Assembly: GCA_051294375.1 (NCBI GenBank)
Contig: CM119270.1
Location: 13,673,833 to 13,737,832 of the forward strand
From: Paraspadella gotoi
Lineage: Eukaryota > Animalia > Chaetognatha
Reading direction: 5' to 3'
DNA: 64,000 nt
This document shows positions 51,801 through 63,150 of this stretch, in pieces. How positions within the stretch are numbered: the first letter of the stretch is position 1; every line of letters begins with the position of its first letter. Under the pieces are notes generated by a model. It saw only the letters and a program-made list of their open reading frames with translations, was not told the origin of the DNA and did no database searches. A program made the position numbers and the translations under genes.

Positions 51801-54800
51801 CGGCCATCTTCCGGAAGCGCGCCCGTTTCAGCTTATATTCAGAATTAAAGTTGTTTTTAGCTTTTAAAGATTAGGTTAGGGGTTAGAATTTTGCTGAAGG
51901 GATTAGTTGGGATTTTGTTATTTTGAGTTAGGAGATAAATTTAGGAACTGGTGTTAAGAAATTAGGGATGGGAAATATGGATTTAGCTCGGGTCGGGAAT
52001 AAAGCTGAGGGATTAGTTGAAGCATTTTTAAAATATTCGGCTCTTAGATATTAAGGTTAAAACTAAATTCTGTCATTGAGGAACAGAAAACGTGGCGCAT
52101 TCGGGAATAGGTGCAACGGAGTTATTTTTTCTTACTTTTTAAGTAAAAAAACGACGCAGGGTGCACGGCGCGGGGTGACGAAGAGAGTTGGGAAATTAAT
52201 TAAGAATTCCAAAAGGAACTCTTCTTGACGTATACCTCCCTTTCCCTTGCAAGTCTTCTGCGCTTCTAGCCAGTTCGGACAGGTTCGTCCGAAGCTGCAG
52301 AAGTTGATCTCGTAGCAGACGCCACCCACCAGACGCTGGTGGTCGCTCTTGCAGCGCAGGAGGTCCGCGTCTGCGGGGAGAACAAGAAGAACGATTAATT
52401 CAATTTTATTTATTAAAATTAATTGGCAATTATCAAAATGTCGGAAGAATACCCAAATTATGGAATATTAGATCTTGAAAAGAAGTTTCATTCGAAACGT
52501 GGTCTATATGAATAAATAGAAGCATGATAAAGGTTTTGGATCCGAGCGATTTGATTGATAGATTTAACTTTCGCTAATTTCTACAAACAAAGGAACATCT
52601 CTCACTGTCGACGCAGGCGTGGCGAACTTTAAGTCGAGGCCTCGCGACTTCCGTTCGGTTCGCCTCTTCGCAAAACGAAGGGAACAAGTTGGACAACGGG
52701 AGGTGAGTTCCCGAATCTCCGTCGATGCCGCTGTTGCAGTAGGGATTCCCTTGACATCTGGTAATGATGGAGAGAAGGTTGGGGTTGGACGGGTTGCAAT
52801 TTAGCAGAAACAAAAATGTGAGGCTTCGACTCGACAAAACCAATCATCGAAGGTATCTATGTACATATGAGTACATAGTTTTTTTTGCGAAAATTGGTTT
52901 ATAATTAATCAATTAGTCTTTTCCTTTACTCATGGCAAGAAATATTAAATTAACCACTCATATTGAAACCAATCGTCTTTCTTTTTCCTAAAATAACGTC
53001 TCTCTCTGCCCATTACGTAATTAAATATAAAATAAATTATAATTAAATCTAATAAAATATATTAAACTTTTATATATTCGTTTTAAAATTTAGTCTAATT
53101 TAGTCTAAAATATAACTTTACCCTATATTAAGATTAGGTTATGTGTATGATTATTTTATGAATATATTTACTTATTTACTCCTAAAAAACAATATATATA
53201 TATATATTTAACTTTCTCGACATGTTTGTTTTGGTCTTTATTTTAAAACTTTCGACAAGTACAACTTTAAGCAATAAATGACCTTGGCAATAGGGTTCCG
53301 ATAACCGTTAATTTTTGAGAAATTTCGCTTAACCGTTAAAACTAATATTTTTAACGGTTAACCGTTAAAATCGGTTAATTTTATAATTTAACTTTTAGAG
53401 AGGAAAACAATTTATTGTTTTGTTTCAACGAATTTTTAGGATATTTTTTCGGACATGTTTCCACTGTACAATTAGAGTCTTCATCAGCAATGCTGCTCTG
53501 ATGCTGCAATGCTGATGAAGACTCTAATTGTAGAGTTGNNNNNNNNNNNNNNNNNNNNNNNNNNNNNNNNNNNNNNNNNNNNNNNNNNNNNNNNNNNNNN
53601 NNNNNNNNNNNNNNNNNNNNNNNNNNNNNNNNNNNNNNNNNNNNNNNNNNNNNNNNNNNNNNNNNNNNNNNNNNNNNNNNNNNNNNNNNNNNNNNNNNNN
53701 NNNNNNNNNNNNNNNNNNNNNNGAATCTACCTATGATAATTTAGCTAATCAGATAATGCATCATGAGAAATCTTATTTATCAAACTTTTTTTTTGCCTCA
53801 TAGCATAATAAAAATATATAAAAAGAACAAAGAAAGAAAAACCATAATGTAATTCTAATTTTTCTCTCTTTCTCTTTTTCTTTCGTTATATCTCTTCATT
53901 ATTTTTCTAGTTGTTAGTTTCTTGAACGCTTGTTTTCTGTTTTTATTTTTTCATAAGCCATAACCATAAATATAAATCATGAATAATAATTTTTTGATTG
54001 AAAGTTTGATTGATCGATTGATCCAAAGATTTATTGATTATTAAATATTTTTTTCAGTTTTATTAAAAAATATATCATGATTGAAGTATAGTTTTAGTTA
54101 GGCTTAATGTCCATTTTAAGATTAGTTCATTCTATTATTAATTTTTTTTATTACATTTATTTTTATTTAGTTTTTTTAAATAATTTTTTCATTCATTCTG
54201 GTTTTATTTCATTTGCTTCTTTGTTTTTTTAAAGAGTGAAATAAAAAAATAGCAAAATAGGATATATTATTTTATATAAGAATTTAATTTGCAAAAAAAT
54301 GTATGCAATTATTTGCATGTGCATATATATTATATTTCAATATATTCTTTGATGTAAATGCATAAAATTAATTGAAAGGAAAAATGAAAAAAAAATTGGG
54401 AGAAAATAAGTAAGAAAAAGAAAAAAATAACTGTTAACGGTTATCGTAACCCTACTTGGCAATTGTCTCCGAATATCTCGTTCATTGCGTACACNNNNNN
54501 NNNNNNNNNNNNNNNNNNNNNNNNNNNNNNNNNNNNNNNNNNNNNNNNNNNNNNNNNNNNNNNNNNNNNNNNNNNNNNNNNNNNNNNNNNNNNNCTCAGC
54601 TTTATCCCCGACCCGAGCTAAATCCATATTTCCCATCCCTAATTCTTAACACCAGTTCCTAAATTTATCTCCTAACTCAAAATAAACCAAAATCCCAAAA
54701 CTTAATCCTTAACCAAAATTCTAACCCCTAACCTAATCTTTAAAGCTAAAAACAACTTTAATTCTGAATATAAGCTGAAACGGGGCGCTTCCGGAAAAGA

Positions 54801-57675
54801 TGGCCGAATCCGTTACCGTCCCTTTTTTTTTTTTTTTTTCAGGTTCCCTAGCGACCATCCCTTACCTCCATGTTCAGCGTCAACTGGAGGACTGGTTGAG
54901 TGACATCGCCTCGTCCAACGTGACGGGGGCGTTTCCGACTCAAGATCTTTGGATCGGATTGTATCGGCTACCAGGGAACGAGGAGTACATATGGTTGAAC
55001 GACAGGTAGAAGTCAATCAAACAATTAAATCATACAATCAATCAAATGAATACATAAATTAATCTATTAAAACGGTCAATCAAATCTCACACACTCACTC
55101 TTTCAATCCTTCATTGAATCAGTCAAATCCAGAAATTCAACGATTATATCAAATAACAAATAAATAATGAAGCCATCAATAAATTAATCCACTAATACGT
55201 AAATAAATAATTCAAAAATAAACAAGTACCGTAAATAAATGAATAAATAAGGTAGCCCACTGTGTAGGCCCAGTGTGTAGGTTCTGTGGACTCGAATACA
55301 ATAATACAATAATACTCGAATACAATAATATATTTCAAATAATCAAACAATAACTAAATATTACGCATCACGAAATTGTCTCCATCGAATCAGGAGCGAG
55401 AGCTTTCGCGCCTGGGAACCCGAAGAGCCCTCTCGCGGGGCCGATCAATGCGCCGCCGTCCGCTATCGCCGCGACAAAAGCGACGACGATGACAACAACA
55501 ACGACGACGACGAAAGGGGTTCCGGTTACGGATGGGCCGATTTCCCTTGCGCCTACAAGGGAACCGATAAAGGATTCATTTGCGAATATTTCAGCAGAGG
55601 TAAAATGATTGGTGAAACTGACGGACATCGTCATTATCGTCGTCGTCGTCGTCGTGATTATTAAAATATTAAGAAATAATGTGGGATAATTTTATCTAAA
55701 TAAATTTAAGTAGAGAATTGAAAAAAAAATCTAATAAGAAAAAATTTGAGCAAAACTCAAACAAGAACAACATTATTTTTCTTCCATTTCACTCTTCCTC
55801 CTTCCCCCCCCCCTGCTCTCTCCCCTCACGAAATCACTTGAATCGTAAGACGGGATCGACATTCCCGTCTACGAGGCGCCGGCCGTGACGCGACCCAACT
55901 TCGTGACGACGCCTCCGACCAACGCGGTGACGACGACGTCGTCGAGGATATGTCCAGACAAGACGGACGGGGAGACGGGACGGACGTGGAAGTCCGTACG
56001 CTTGGGGTCGTCCTCCTACGGACTCTGCCCGAAGGGGAAGATCGGTGAGGGACGCGGATAAATTGATTGATTGATTGACTGAACTAATTTTTTTCATCGA
56101 TTGATCGATTGATTGATCGATTCATTCATTTTCACTAAGGTTCCGACGGTTTCGTGCCCACTTGGCGCTGCGTGCCCGGCCCCGACGGCGCGGCCCGTTT
56201 CGACCCGACGGGCCCCGACTTCAGCGGCTGCGTCGCCGTCGAACTCGATCGCATCGTCGACATCCTCGAAGACGCAGGCGCCTCTGTCGAGGAACTCTCC
56301 AATCTTCTCCTCGAATACCAACGTGGATTTATTTCTCTGCATTAATTCCTCTCCTTTTATCCATTTTTTTTTTCTCATACAAAATTTAACAATGTCAATC
56401 AAACTCATCTCCAGGAATCTGAAGACGGCCCAAGACGTCCGCGTCTGCCAACATCCTGCCCAGCGTAGTGGGAAAAGTTCAGTTCGAGATAGAAGCTTTA
56501 GAGGAAGAGGAGAAAAAAACCATTTGGTCGACAAGGTGAGCGTTTTAACCATCCCCCTGATTACTTGTTACGTGATTGGTCGTCAACTGGCGGCCGACGT
56601 ATAATTGGACTGGAGATTCACGGAGTTGCTCAATGGGGATGCTCAATGGGGGAACGAGAACTAACCATGCATGATCTCAGTGAAATTAATTGGGGAGTTG
56701 ATCATGACTTATTCTGAAATACTGTAGCTTTTCTGAAACTACTAACGGAACGGAAAAGTGTCAATGAATACCTTGATTTAACCCTTCGCCCACCCCATCC
56801 TCTCCCCTCTCTCCATCTCTCTCCCCTTCAGATCACGGGCAATCTCGTGGAAGTCGCAGTCGACTCACGGCGCCGCCAAAGTGGAGCTCATGTCGAGTCT
56901 CGACGAAGAAGGAAAATCGCTCGGCGCGCTGAATCTGACGACTCGCTGGAGCGGAGTCGTTTCTCCTCGCTATCAGACCATTAAAGGAGCGAGGTGGAGT
57001 GGGGTTGTGGGGGGGAAGTGGGAAAGGGGGAAGTGGGGATATTTTGGACATTTTTAGAAGAACCCAACGCTTTTTCGACCCCTGTGAAACTTCCACAAGA
57101 TATTTTCTATTTCCTCTTGAACGAACCAACAAACGAAAAAAAAACAAAAAACAACCGCGGCAACAAGAACAGAGAACAACCACAAATTCAAGAAGAACCA
57201 CGACAATTTTATATAAATCAATCGATAAAAAAAACAACGAAAACAACTAAAAAATGGACAATTAAAACATCCAATACAAAAAAAACAAACAAACAACAAA
57301 AACCACCACGTAATAGAAACTCATTAAAAAATCCCCAACTCTTCGCCATCCGCCAACCGTTGAACCGAGCAGTACTACTCTTCCTCCAACGTGATCCTCC
57401 AAGTCAACGCCATCGACGTCTCAATGGGCGACGCCAGCCTGGACACGCCCATCTCCTTCCCCTCGCGTCTGGCGCGGAATCAGCCCGCGTTTCCGTCGGA
57501 GCTCAAGTCGACGACGTCCTCGATCACGTTGCCACGCGACGTCAGACGCTTCGCCGACGAGAGCGACTTGCTGAAGATCGCGTTGCTAATGTATACTAAC
57601 GTGGGGGCGTTGTTGCCTGGGAGAGGGTAAGTATGTCTTTTTTTAATTTTTTCTCTTTGTCTGTCTGTCTGTCTG

Positions 57676-57770
<95 letters not shown>

Positions 57771-60369
57771 CACATACTTTTTCCCCCTTTTATTTATTTC
57801 TTTTTAAATTTGTTTTTTCTTCCACTCGCCACTACTACTTCAGAACGCCCCAAGGCCTTCAAGAACGCGTCAACTCATTCGTCATTACAGCCGACGTCAA
57901 CTCTCCAGAGGCGGAGGTCTCTTTCGACGCGCAGGATCCCGTCGTCGTCGTGCTGGAGCATCTGAAGCCGTCGGACTCCAAACCAGTCTGCGCGTTTCTT
58001 AACGTCACCGCCAGGTTTAGTATTAAAAGGCGTTCTGAACTCAGCGTTTTTGATCGTTTGTATGTTGTCTATGTCTGTCTTTCTCTCCATGATTCTGTCT
58101 GTCTGTCTGTCTGTCTATCTCTCTCTCTCCTGAATAGCTATCTTCAGCCCAAAATCATTTACCAAAAACTATTCCACTGATTATGCAGGCCGATGAGTTG
58201 GGAAACGAGCGGATGCTTTTTAGTGACTCACAATCGAACTCACTCCGTCTGCGCTTGCCTTCACCTCACCAACTTCGCCATTTTGATGGACACGACTGGA
58301 GCATACAAGTTGTTATGGCATTTATATTTGTTGGACCGCATCACAGAGAATAAAANNNNNNNNNNNNNNNNNNNNNNNNNNNNNNNNNNNNNNNNNNNNN
58401 NNNNNNNNNNNNNNNNNNNNNNNNNNNNNNNNNNNNNNNNNNNNNNNNNNNNNNNTCTTAAAAATACGTGAAAAAAGACTATCTATTTTCATTGACGCTT
58501 CTCCAATATAAATTTTGCTTTCGACTGCAATATGCAAATTGTTTTTAATCGGTTCGACCGTCAAAAAGTCCTTGCCTTTTAAGTTTTCTCTGGCGATTAG
58601 GTGATTTGAACGACGCGAACAATATATTCTCTCATAGATATCATTTAAATTTTATTTGGACGGACTTTGTATCGGCCATAGCGGAATTTCACTCCTACTT
58701 GTTTGAGTTAAGGATCGCTCTGATTCGGAACGAAACTTTGTATCATCACTTCCCAGACACTCACCTCTCCTTCAAAACTCTCAACGCGTTCCAGGCGTAG
58801 CATCTTCCGGCCTTCCCCTCGCCGGAACAGTCGCCTAAATCCGCCGCTCCCCCTGCCGATCCTCCAGCCGCCTCCGACGGGAACAGGCCGTCCTCGTTGC
58901 CGAAGGCGGCGAAATCGATTCGTAACATTTGACGTCGATCGTCGCAGCGAAGTTCGAAGGGGGAAGAGGAGCAAAAAATGGAGGATCGGGGAGGAGAAGG
59001 AGCTGGGAGGACAGGGAAAGTGGGAAGTGGGGGAAAGTAGAGCGAAGTTTTCGACGAATATCTTTGCGAATTAGGAGTCATCTTCAACTCGACAACAACA
59101 ACAAAAAAAAAAAAGGCTGAGATGATTTTGCAGCGTATCATGATATTTCTTCGCTCCTCAATCGTGAATATTAAACTATTAATATACTATATTAAGGTAT
59201 ATTAATATATTAATATTAATATACCTAAAATAACTAGTGTGTAGCGGTAGTATTTCATACCCTGCTACTTGTCCGAGAAACAGCAGCACCTATGGCGTAG
59301 GAGGTAGCTCGAGCTCATCCCAACCCAAAGGACTCGGGTTCGCCCGTTGCTGATTCAAACAAGTAAAAGCGGGACGGGGCGTCTAACCCACCTCTTGTGA
59401 CGGACTACAACCCGATCTGAAGTTCGGGACCTTGTGTGCAATGGAGGGTGAACTACTGCTCGCGGCTTCGTTCCATATGATATGTGTATTTTAAAGCCTC
59501 TCAAAATTTCCAATCCACGCACTCACCCTCGACTTTGTTCTTGCAAAAATATCCCTGCGCGTCCTCGTCGCACTCGCACTGGTAGGCGTACTTTGATGCC
59601 GGCGGCATCTCCATTTGACAGATGACCGACAGGTGCGACTTACACCTGCTCTGGCGAAGGCGCTGACACGAGAAAGAAGGAGGCGAAAAAGAAGTAAAAT
59701 TTTATTCAAGACAAAACATAAAAACGCCGTTTTTTTTTGTTTTATGGAATTCAACATAGTTAATTGGAGTAAAATAAAATATTCACTCATCGTTTTTGTT
59801 TTTCAGTGACTTCTACGAAGGAGCCACACTTTGAAATATAGTTTTTTGCGTTATAGTTCTGAAACGTACCTAATATTCGCTATATTAGGGCCAATGGGGT
59901 GGGTCAGAAGTTTGATTTGGGAACCTTCCCAAATGAAATTTCATACATTTCTGAGAAAACTTTCAATGGACCAAAATTTTCTAAAATGGCTAGAAGCACT
60001 AGTAATTAATTTTTTAATATTTATTTATAGATTTTTAAATTTTTTTATTTTTAAAAGCAGATTCAGATAGCTTATTTTGTAGATACGAAATTAGATAAGG
60101 TAAATATTATCTACCTTATCTGATTTCGAACAACCAGCGCTTCGCTCTCGGCACCTCCAGAGCCGCCCTACCACCGACTCTGCCAGAAAATCACCCCTTA
60201 CTTTCTCATCCATCGATGCTGAGAGACAGGATCTCATCGGTTGCTTCTCCTCTGGATTTTGACCCAAAGACGCAAAGTCGACGCCTTCCTCTGTGGACGA
60301 CCATTTCCATCCGATGGATCCCCAGGAACCGTCCGTCCAAAACTCTGGGAGTCGATTTAATTGTCATCG

Positions 60370-60412
<43 letters not shown>

Positions 60413-61662
60413 TCTCTCTCTCTTCTTTCTCATTCAACCTTCATCTCAATCAACTCTCAATTCGTTTTCAATTTCACCTTTAAAATTTTCGGTGACATTT
60501 TGAAAATTGTTGGCCAAAAAATCGAAATGGTCTGAGGACAAAATTTGAATTGGATGCCAGTTCGATGACGACGACGACAACGAGGACGACGAAGAAGACG
60601 CTGACAAATTCTTGTCATTTGACAAAGTTCGCAGCATAATTACAAAAGAATTTAAAAAAAAAAATCGGGGTGAGAATAGAACCTTGGCTGTTGGTTAAGA
60701 GAGGACTTTCAAGATGTCGTCTCGTAATTACAAAATATAGAAATTATCTATTGTTTCGTCTACTAGGAAAAGCTTGGTTACGCGACGGCGTTAAAACGAT
60801 AATAAATACTTCAAGCTTTCCGCTCTCCGCTCCGTTCGATCTTTCCCCACCATTCACCGGTGACCCCGACTTACTTTTCCCGCGGCGATTCTTCCGCTCC
60901 TGCCCGAGCTACACTTACCCTCACTGCTTCGCTCCACTTAACCCTTCTCTCCGGGTCGACGAGGAAATGACAGAATCCTCGATAGAAGAAGGAATTTTCG
61001 GGGCAGGAGTTCGGGGCATCGAGGTCGTCGGGGGAGAGACCCACTCGGAGGCAGCGGCCGTAGTTGCAGGGGGCGTCGCAGGCCAGGTCTGAAAAGGCAA
61101 GATTACATTTGGGACTTAACGCCATGTCATTTCGTGTAAAGGTAAAGAAAGATTTGCTGCGAAATTTAACAAAATAAATAAAAAAAAAACAAAAACGACA
61201 ACCAGGACGACTAAAAAATATTGAGTTTAAGCATAACTCACACTGAGGTAGATTGGAAGACGCCGCCACGATGGATGCCATCGACAAAATCAAAAACATC
61301 AACAAAAGAACAACAGTTTGACGCAGTAGAAACTTTCGGAGCCTACGCGAAGAAGCAGGAATAGAAAGGGGCGGTGCTGAGGACGTTGACAATGAAGACG
61401 AAGACGACGACGAAGAAGACGACGGCGGAAAAGGTGAAGCAACGATTTCAGTAAAAAATTCGTCTCTATTTTTAGATCGCATCGTGTCATCGGCGACCTC
61501 TGAGGCGTCAACCATCCTCGGGGCGGCGCCGTGATCTGAAAAAACGCCGTCGTCGGTGTCATGGCAGCTGTCGCTGTGAGAACCGCTGCTGCGGCGTTGA
61601 CTTCCCCGGTTACATCCGGTTAGATCGATGGAGATGGGACGAGTTCGGATTGAATGATCCAT
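43546..61662 (-). CDS. Latrophilin-like adhesion GPCR (EGF/C-type lectin, rhamnose-binding-lectin-like, C-type lectin, S/T stalk, HormR, GAIN/GPS, 7TM), multi-exon
   Basis: GPS (WETSGC...[17 protein letters not shown] at ~48250-48345), 7TM motifs [25 protein letters not shown]...[33 protein letters not shown], HormR (PDFSGC), lectin exons at ~51600-52760 and ~58760-61088, and a hydrophobic signal segment at ~61260-61320. The region 48.2-52 kb contains indel errors. Linking the 5' exons across gaps is inferred from the lectin domain continuing across them (...[13 protein letters not shown]...). Confidence 0.86.
45183..46138. mobile_element. Fold-back Tc1/mariner-type MITE with ~200-bp TIRs in an aGPCR intron
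   Basis: 45183-45381 (CATGGTGACAATTTTACAAGCGCCGGTAG...) is the near-perfect reverse complement of ~45939-46138; TA on both flanks; further degenerate inverted matches inside. Confidence 0.88.
46922..47617 (-). mobile_element. DINE-1/HINE-like element with a nested Harbinger-type MITE fragment and an (AGAATTTT)n array
   Basis: Same termini as 19892-20464 (AAACAAGTTTGAGCAAACAATGTCGGATCTGC ... GCAGATCCGACTAAAA); 47030-47350 resembles the reverse complement of 22181-22782. Confidence 0.6.
53291..54454. mobile_element. Non-autonomous hAT element spanning an N-gap
   Basis: TIRs TAGGGTTCCGATAACCGTTAA / (rc) TAGGGTTACGATAACCGTTAA with an exact 8-bp target-site duplication CTTGGCAA (53283-53290 and 54455-54462). 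Confidence 0.85.
53449..53490 (-). ncRNA. Candidate minimal type I hammerhead ribozyme (Penelope-like element type)
   Basis: Minus strand reads UUG-CUGAUGA-AGACUCUAAUUGUACAGUG-GAAAC-AU-GUC-CGA: core boxes, palindromic ACAUGU stem III, GUC cleavage triplet and a 3-bp stem I. An inverted second copy starts at 53512 and is cut by the gap. Confidence 0.6.
54594..58355 (+). repeat. Inverted near-identical copy of ~48184-52009 (aGPCR CTL-stalk-HormR-GAIN-GPS exons), bounded by N-gaps on both sides
   Basis: Exons and introns match in reverse complement; the copy starts and ends exactly at gaps 54495-54593 and 58356-58455. Confidence 0.92.
59234..59480 (-). mobile_element. Candidate short non-autonomous Helitron
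   Basis: GC-rich island in an AT-rich intron. On the minus strand it starts A|TC and ends with hairpin GTAGC...GCTAC followed by ACA-CTAG|T. Single copy in the window. Confidence 0.4.
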
Positions 61663-61831
61663 TTAAAGGGGAAAAAAGGATCTGTGGGTGTGAGGTTGGG
61701 AGAGGAATGAGAATGAAAGAAGGGAGAAAATATAAGATAGATAAAATAAAAGCGAAAACGTTGAAAAGTAAGAGAGAAATTATGAAAGGAAGGAATATGG
61801 AGATAATGAATTTTAAAAAAAACAACCAGAC

Positions 61832-61937
<106 letters not shown>

Positions 61938-62799
61938 ATGGAAAAAAAGTCGGAAAGAAAGAAAGAAAGAAATAAAGGAAATATAATGAAAGAAGGGAAA
62001 AACGGGGAAAAAAGTTCAAGAAATAGAAAATGATGAAAAAAACTGCGCTAACAATAATAATAAACAAAGAGAAACAGATGTTGAATTCCGACCAATCCTT
62101 TTACCCAATTCGACAAATCGTACTGAGCAGATTAAATGTAAACAATAAAATATGTTGATTTCTAAATGTATGGCTCGTTTTATAATGACAAAAAAAATTG
62201 CATCACTTCTCTATTCCCGCGTGTTCTCATTCGAATTTGGCAACCGAATTTTATCCGAAAGTAAGAAGTTATTTGAACAGTAATATTTCGAATGAGAAAG
62301 TTTTTCACATCGACTTTGGTTAAAGTTTGCAAAAGATAAAAGGATTTGTTGATGTTGAAAGTCAAAAGAATAAAAAAAAATTTAAAAAAAAACGAAAAGA
62401 AGTAATTCTTTTTCATGGAAATCCAAAGTGTGGTCAACGAGAAATAAAAAAAAAGAGATTAGATAAACACGGGGTGTCTAATTCTTTATATTCGTCCTTC
62501 GAATTCCACTCGGGTTTTCAAGTGTTTTCAAATGTGAGTTGATTAATTTATCAATTCATTAATCAAACGATCATTAGTGAAATATCTGGTGATCATTAAA
62601 AAAAATTTCCATTGGTGATCGTGAAAAGTTCACAAATCTTGATGCCATTCTCGAATTATCCGTCGATGGAAACAGGATTTCGCATCTTTTTTTTTTCGAT
62701 CTTTTAATTGTGGAAAAAACCGAAACAATAAAAATTCGCGAGTGAAAAACGACCGAGTGAAAAAGGTTTAAAGAGTAGAAGCAAAGTTTCCATCGATGG

Positions 62800-62800
62800 A

Positions 62801-62868
<68 letters not shown>

Positions 62869-63082
62869 CCGGTCGGATGGTTTTTTTTTTTTTAAACATC
62901 TTCTTTTGAAAATTTTGGGGAAAGTGAAACGATGAGGGGAGGTGAGGGAGGAAGAGAGGAAGAGGAGGAAGAAGAGAAAAAGGAAGAGGAGGAGGGGACA
63001 ACTGGGGAATAGAAACGGTGAAAAGGTAAAATATACGTAGGTAAAAAAAAATTGCGTTCAGGGAAAAAGAGAGAACCCCTGG

Positions 63083-63144
<62 letters not shown>

Positions 63145-63150
63145 AGAGAG
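62800..63150. repeat. Two (GA)n microsatellites in the putative 5' region of the aGPCR
   Basis: GA runs at ~62800-62865 and ~63087-63150; another (CT)n at ~60377-60423. Confidence 0.9.

Noticed and set aside
48184-52009. Frameshifts suggesting the aGPCR is a pseudogene
   Set aside because: The indels differ between the two assembled copies and are concentrated in this low-quality segment; the GPS and 7TM exons are intact.
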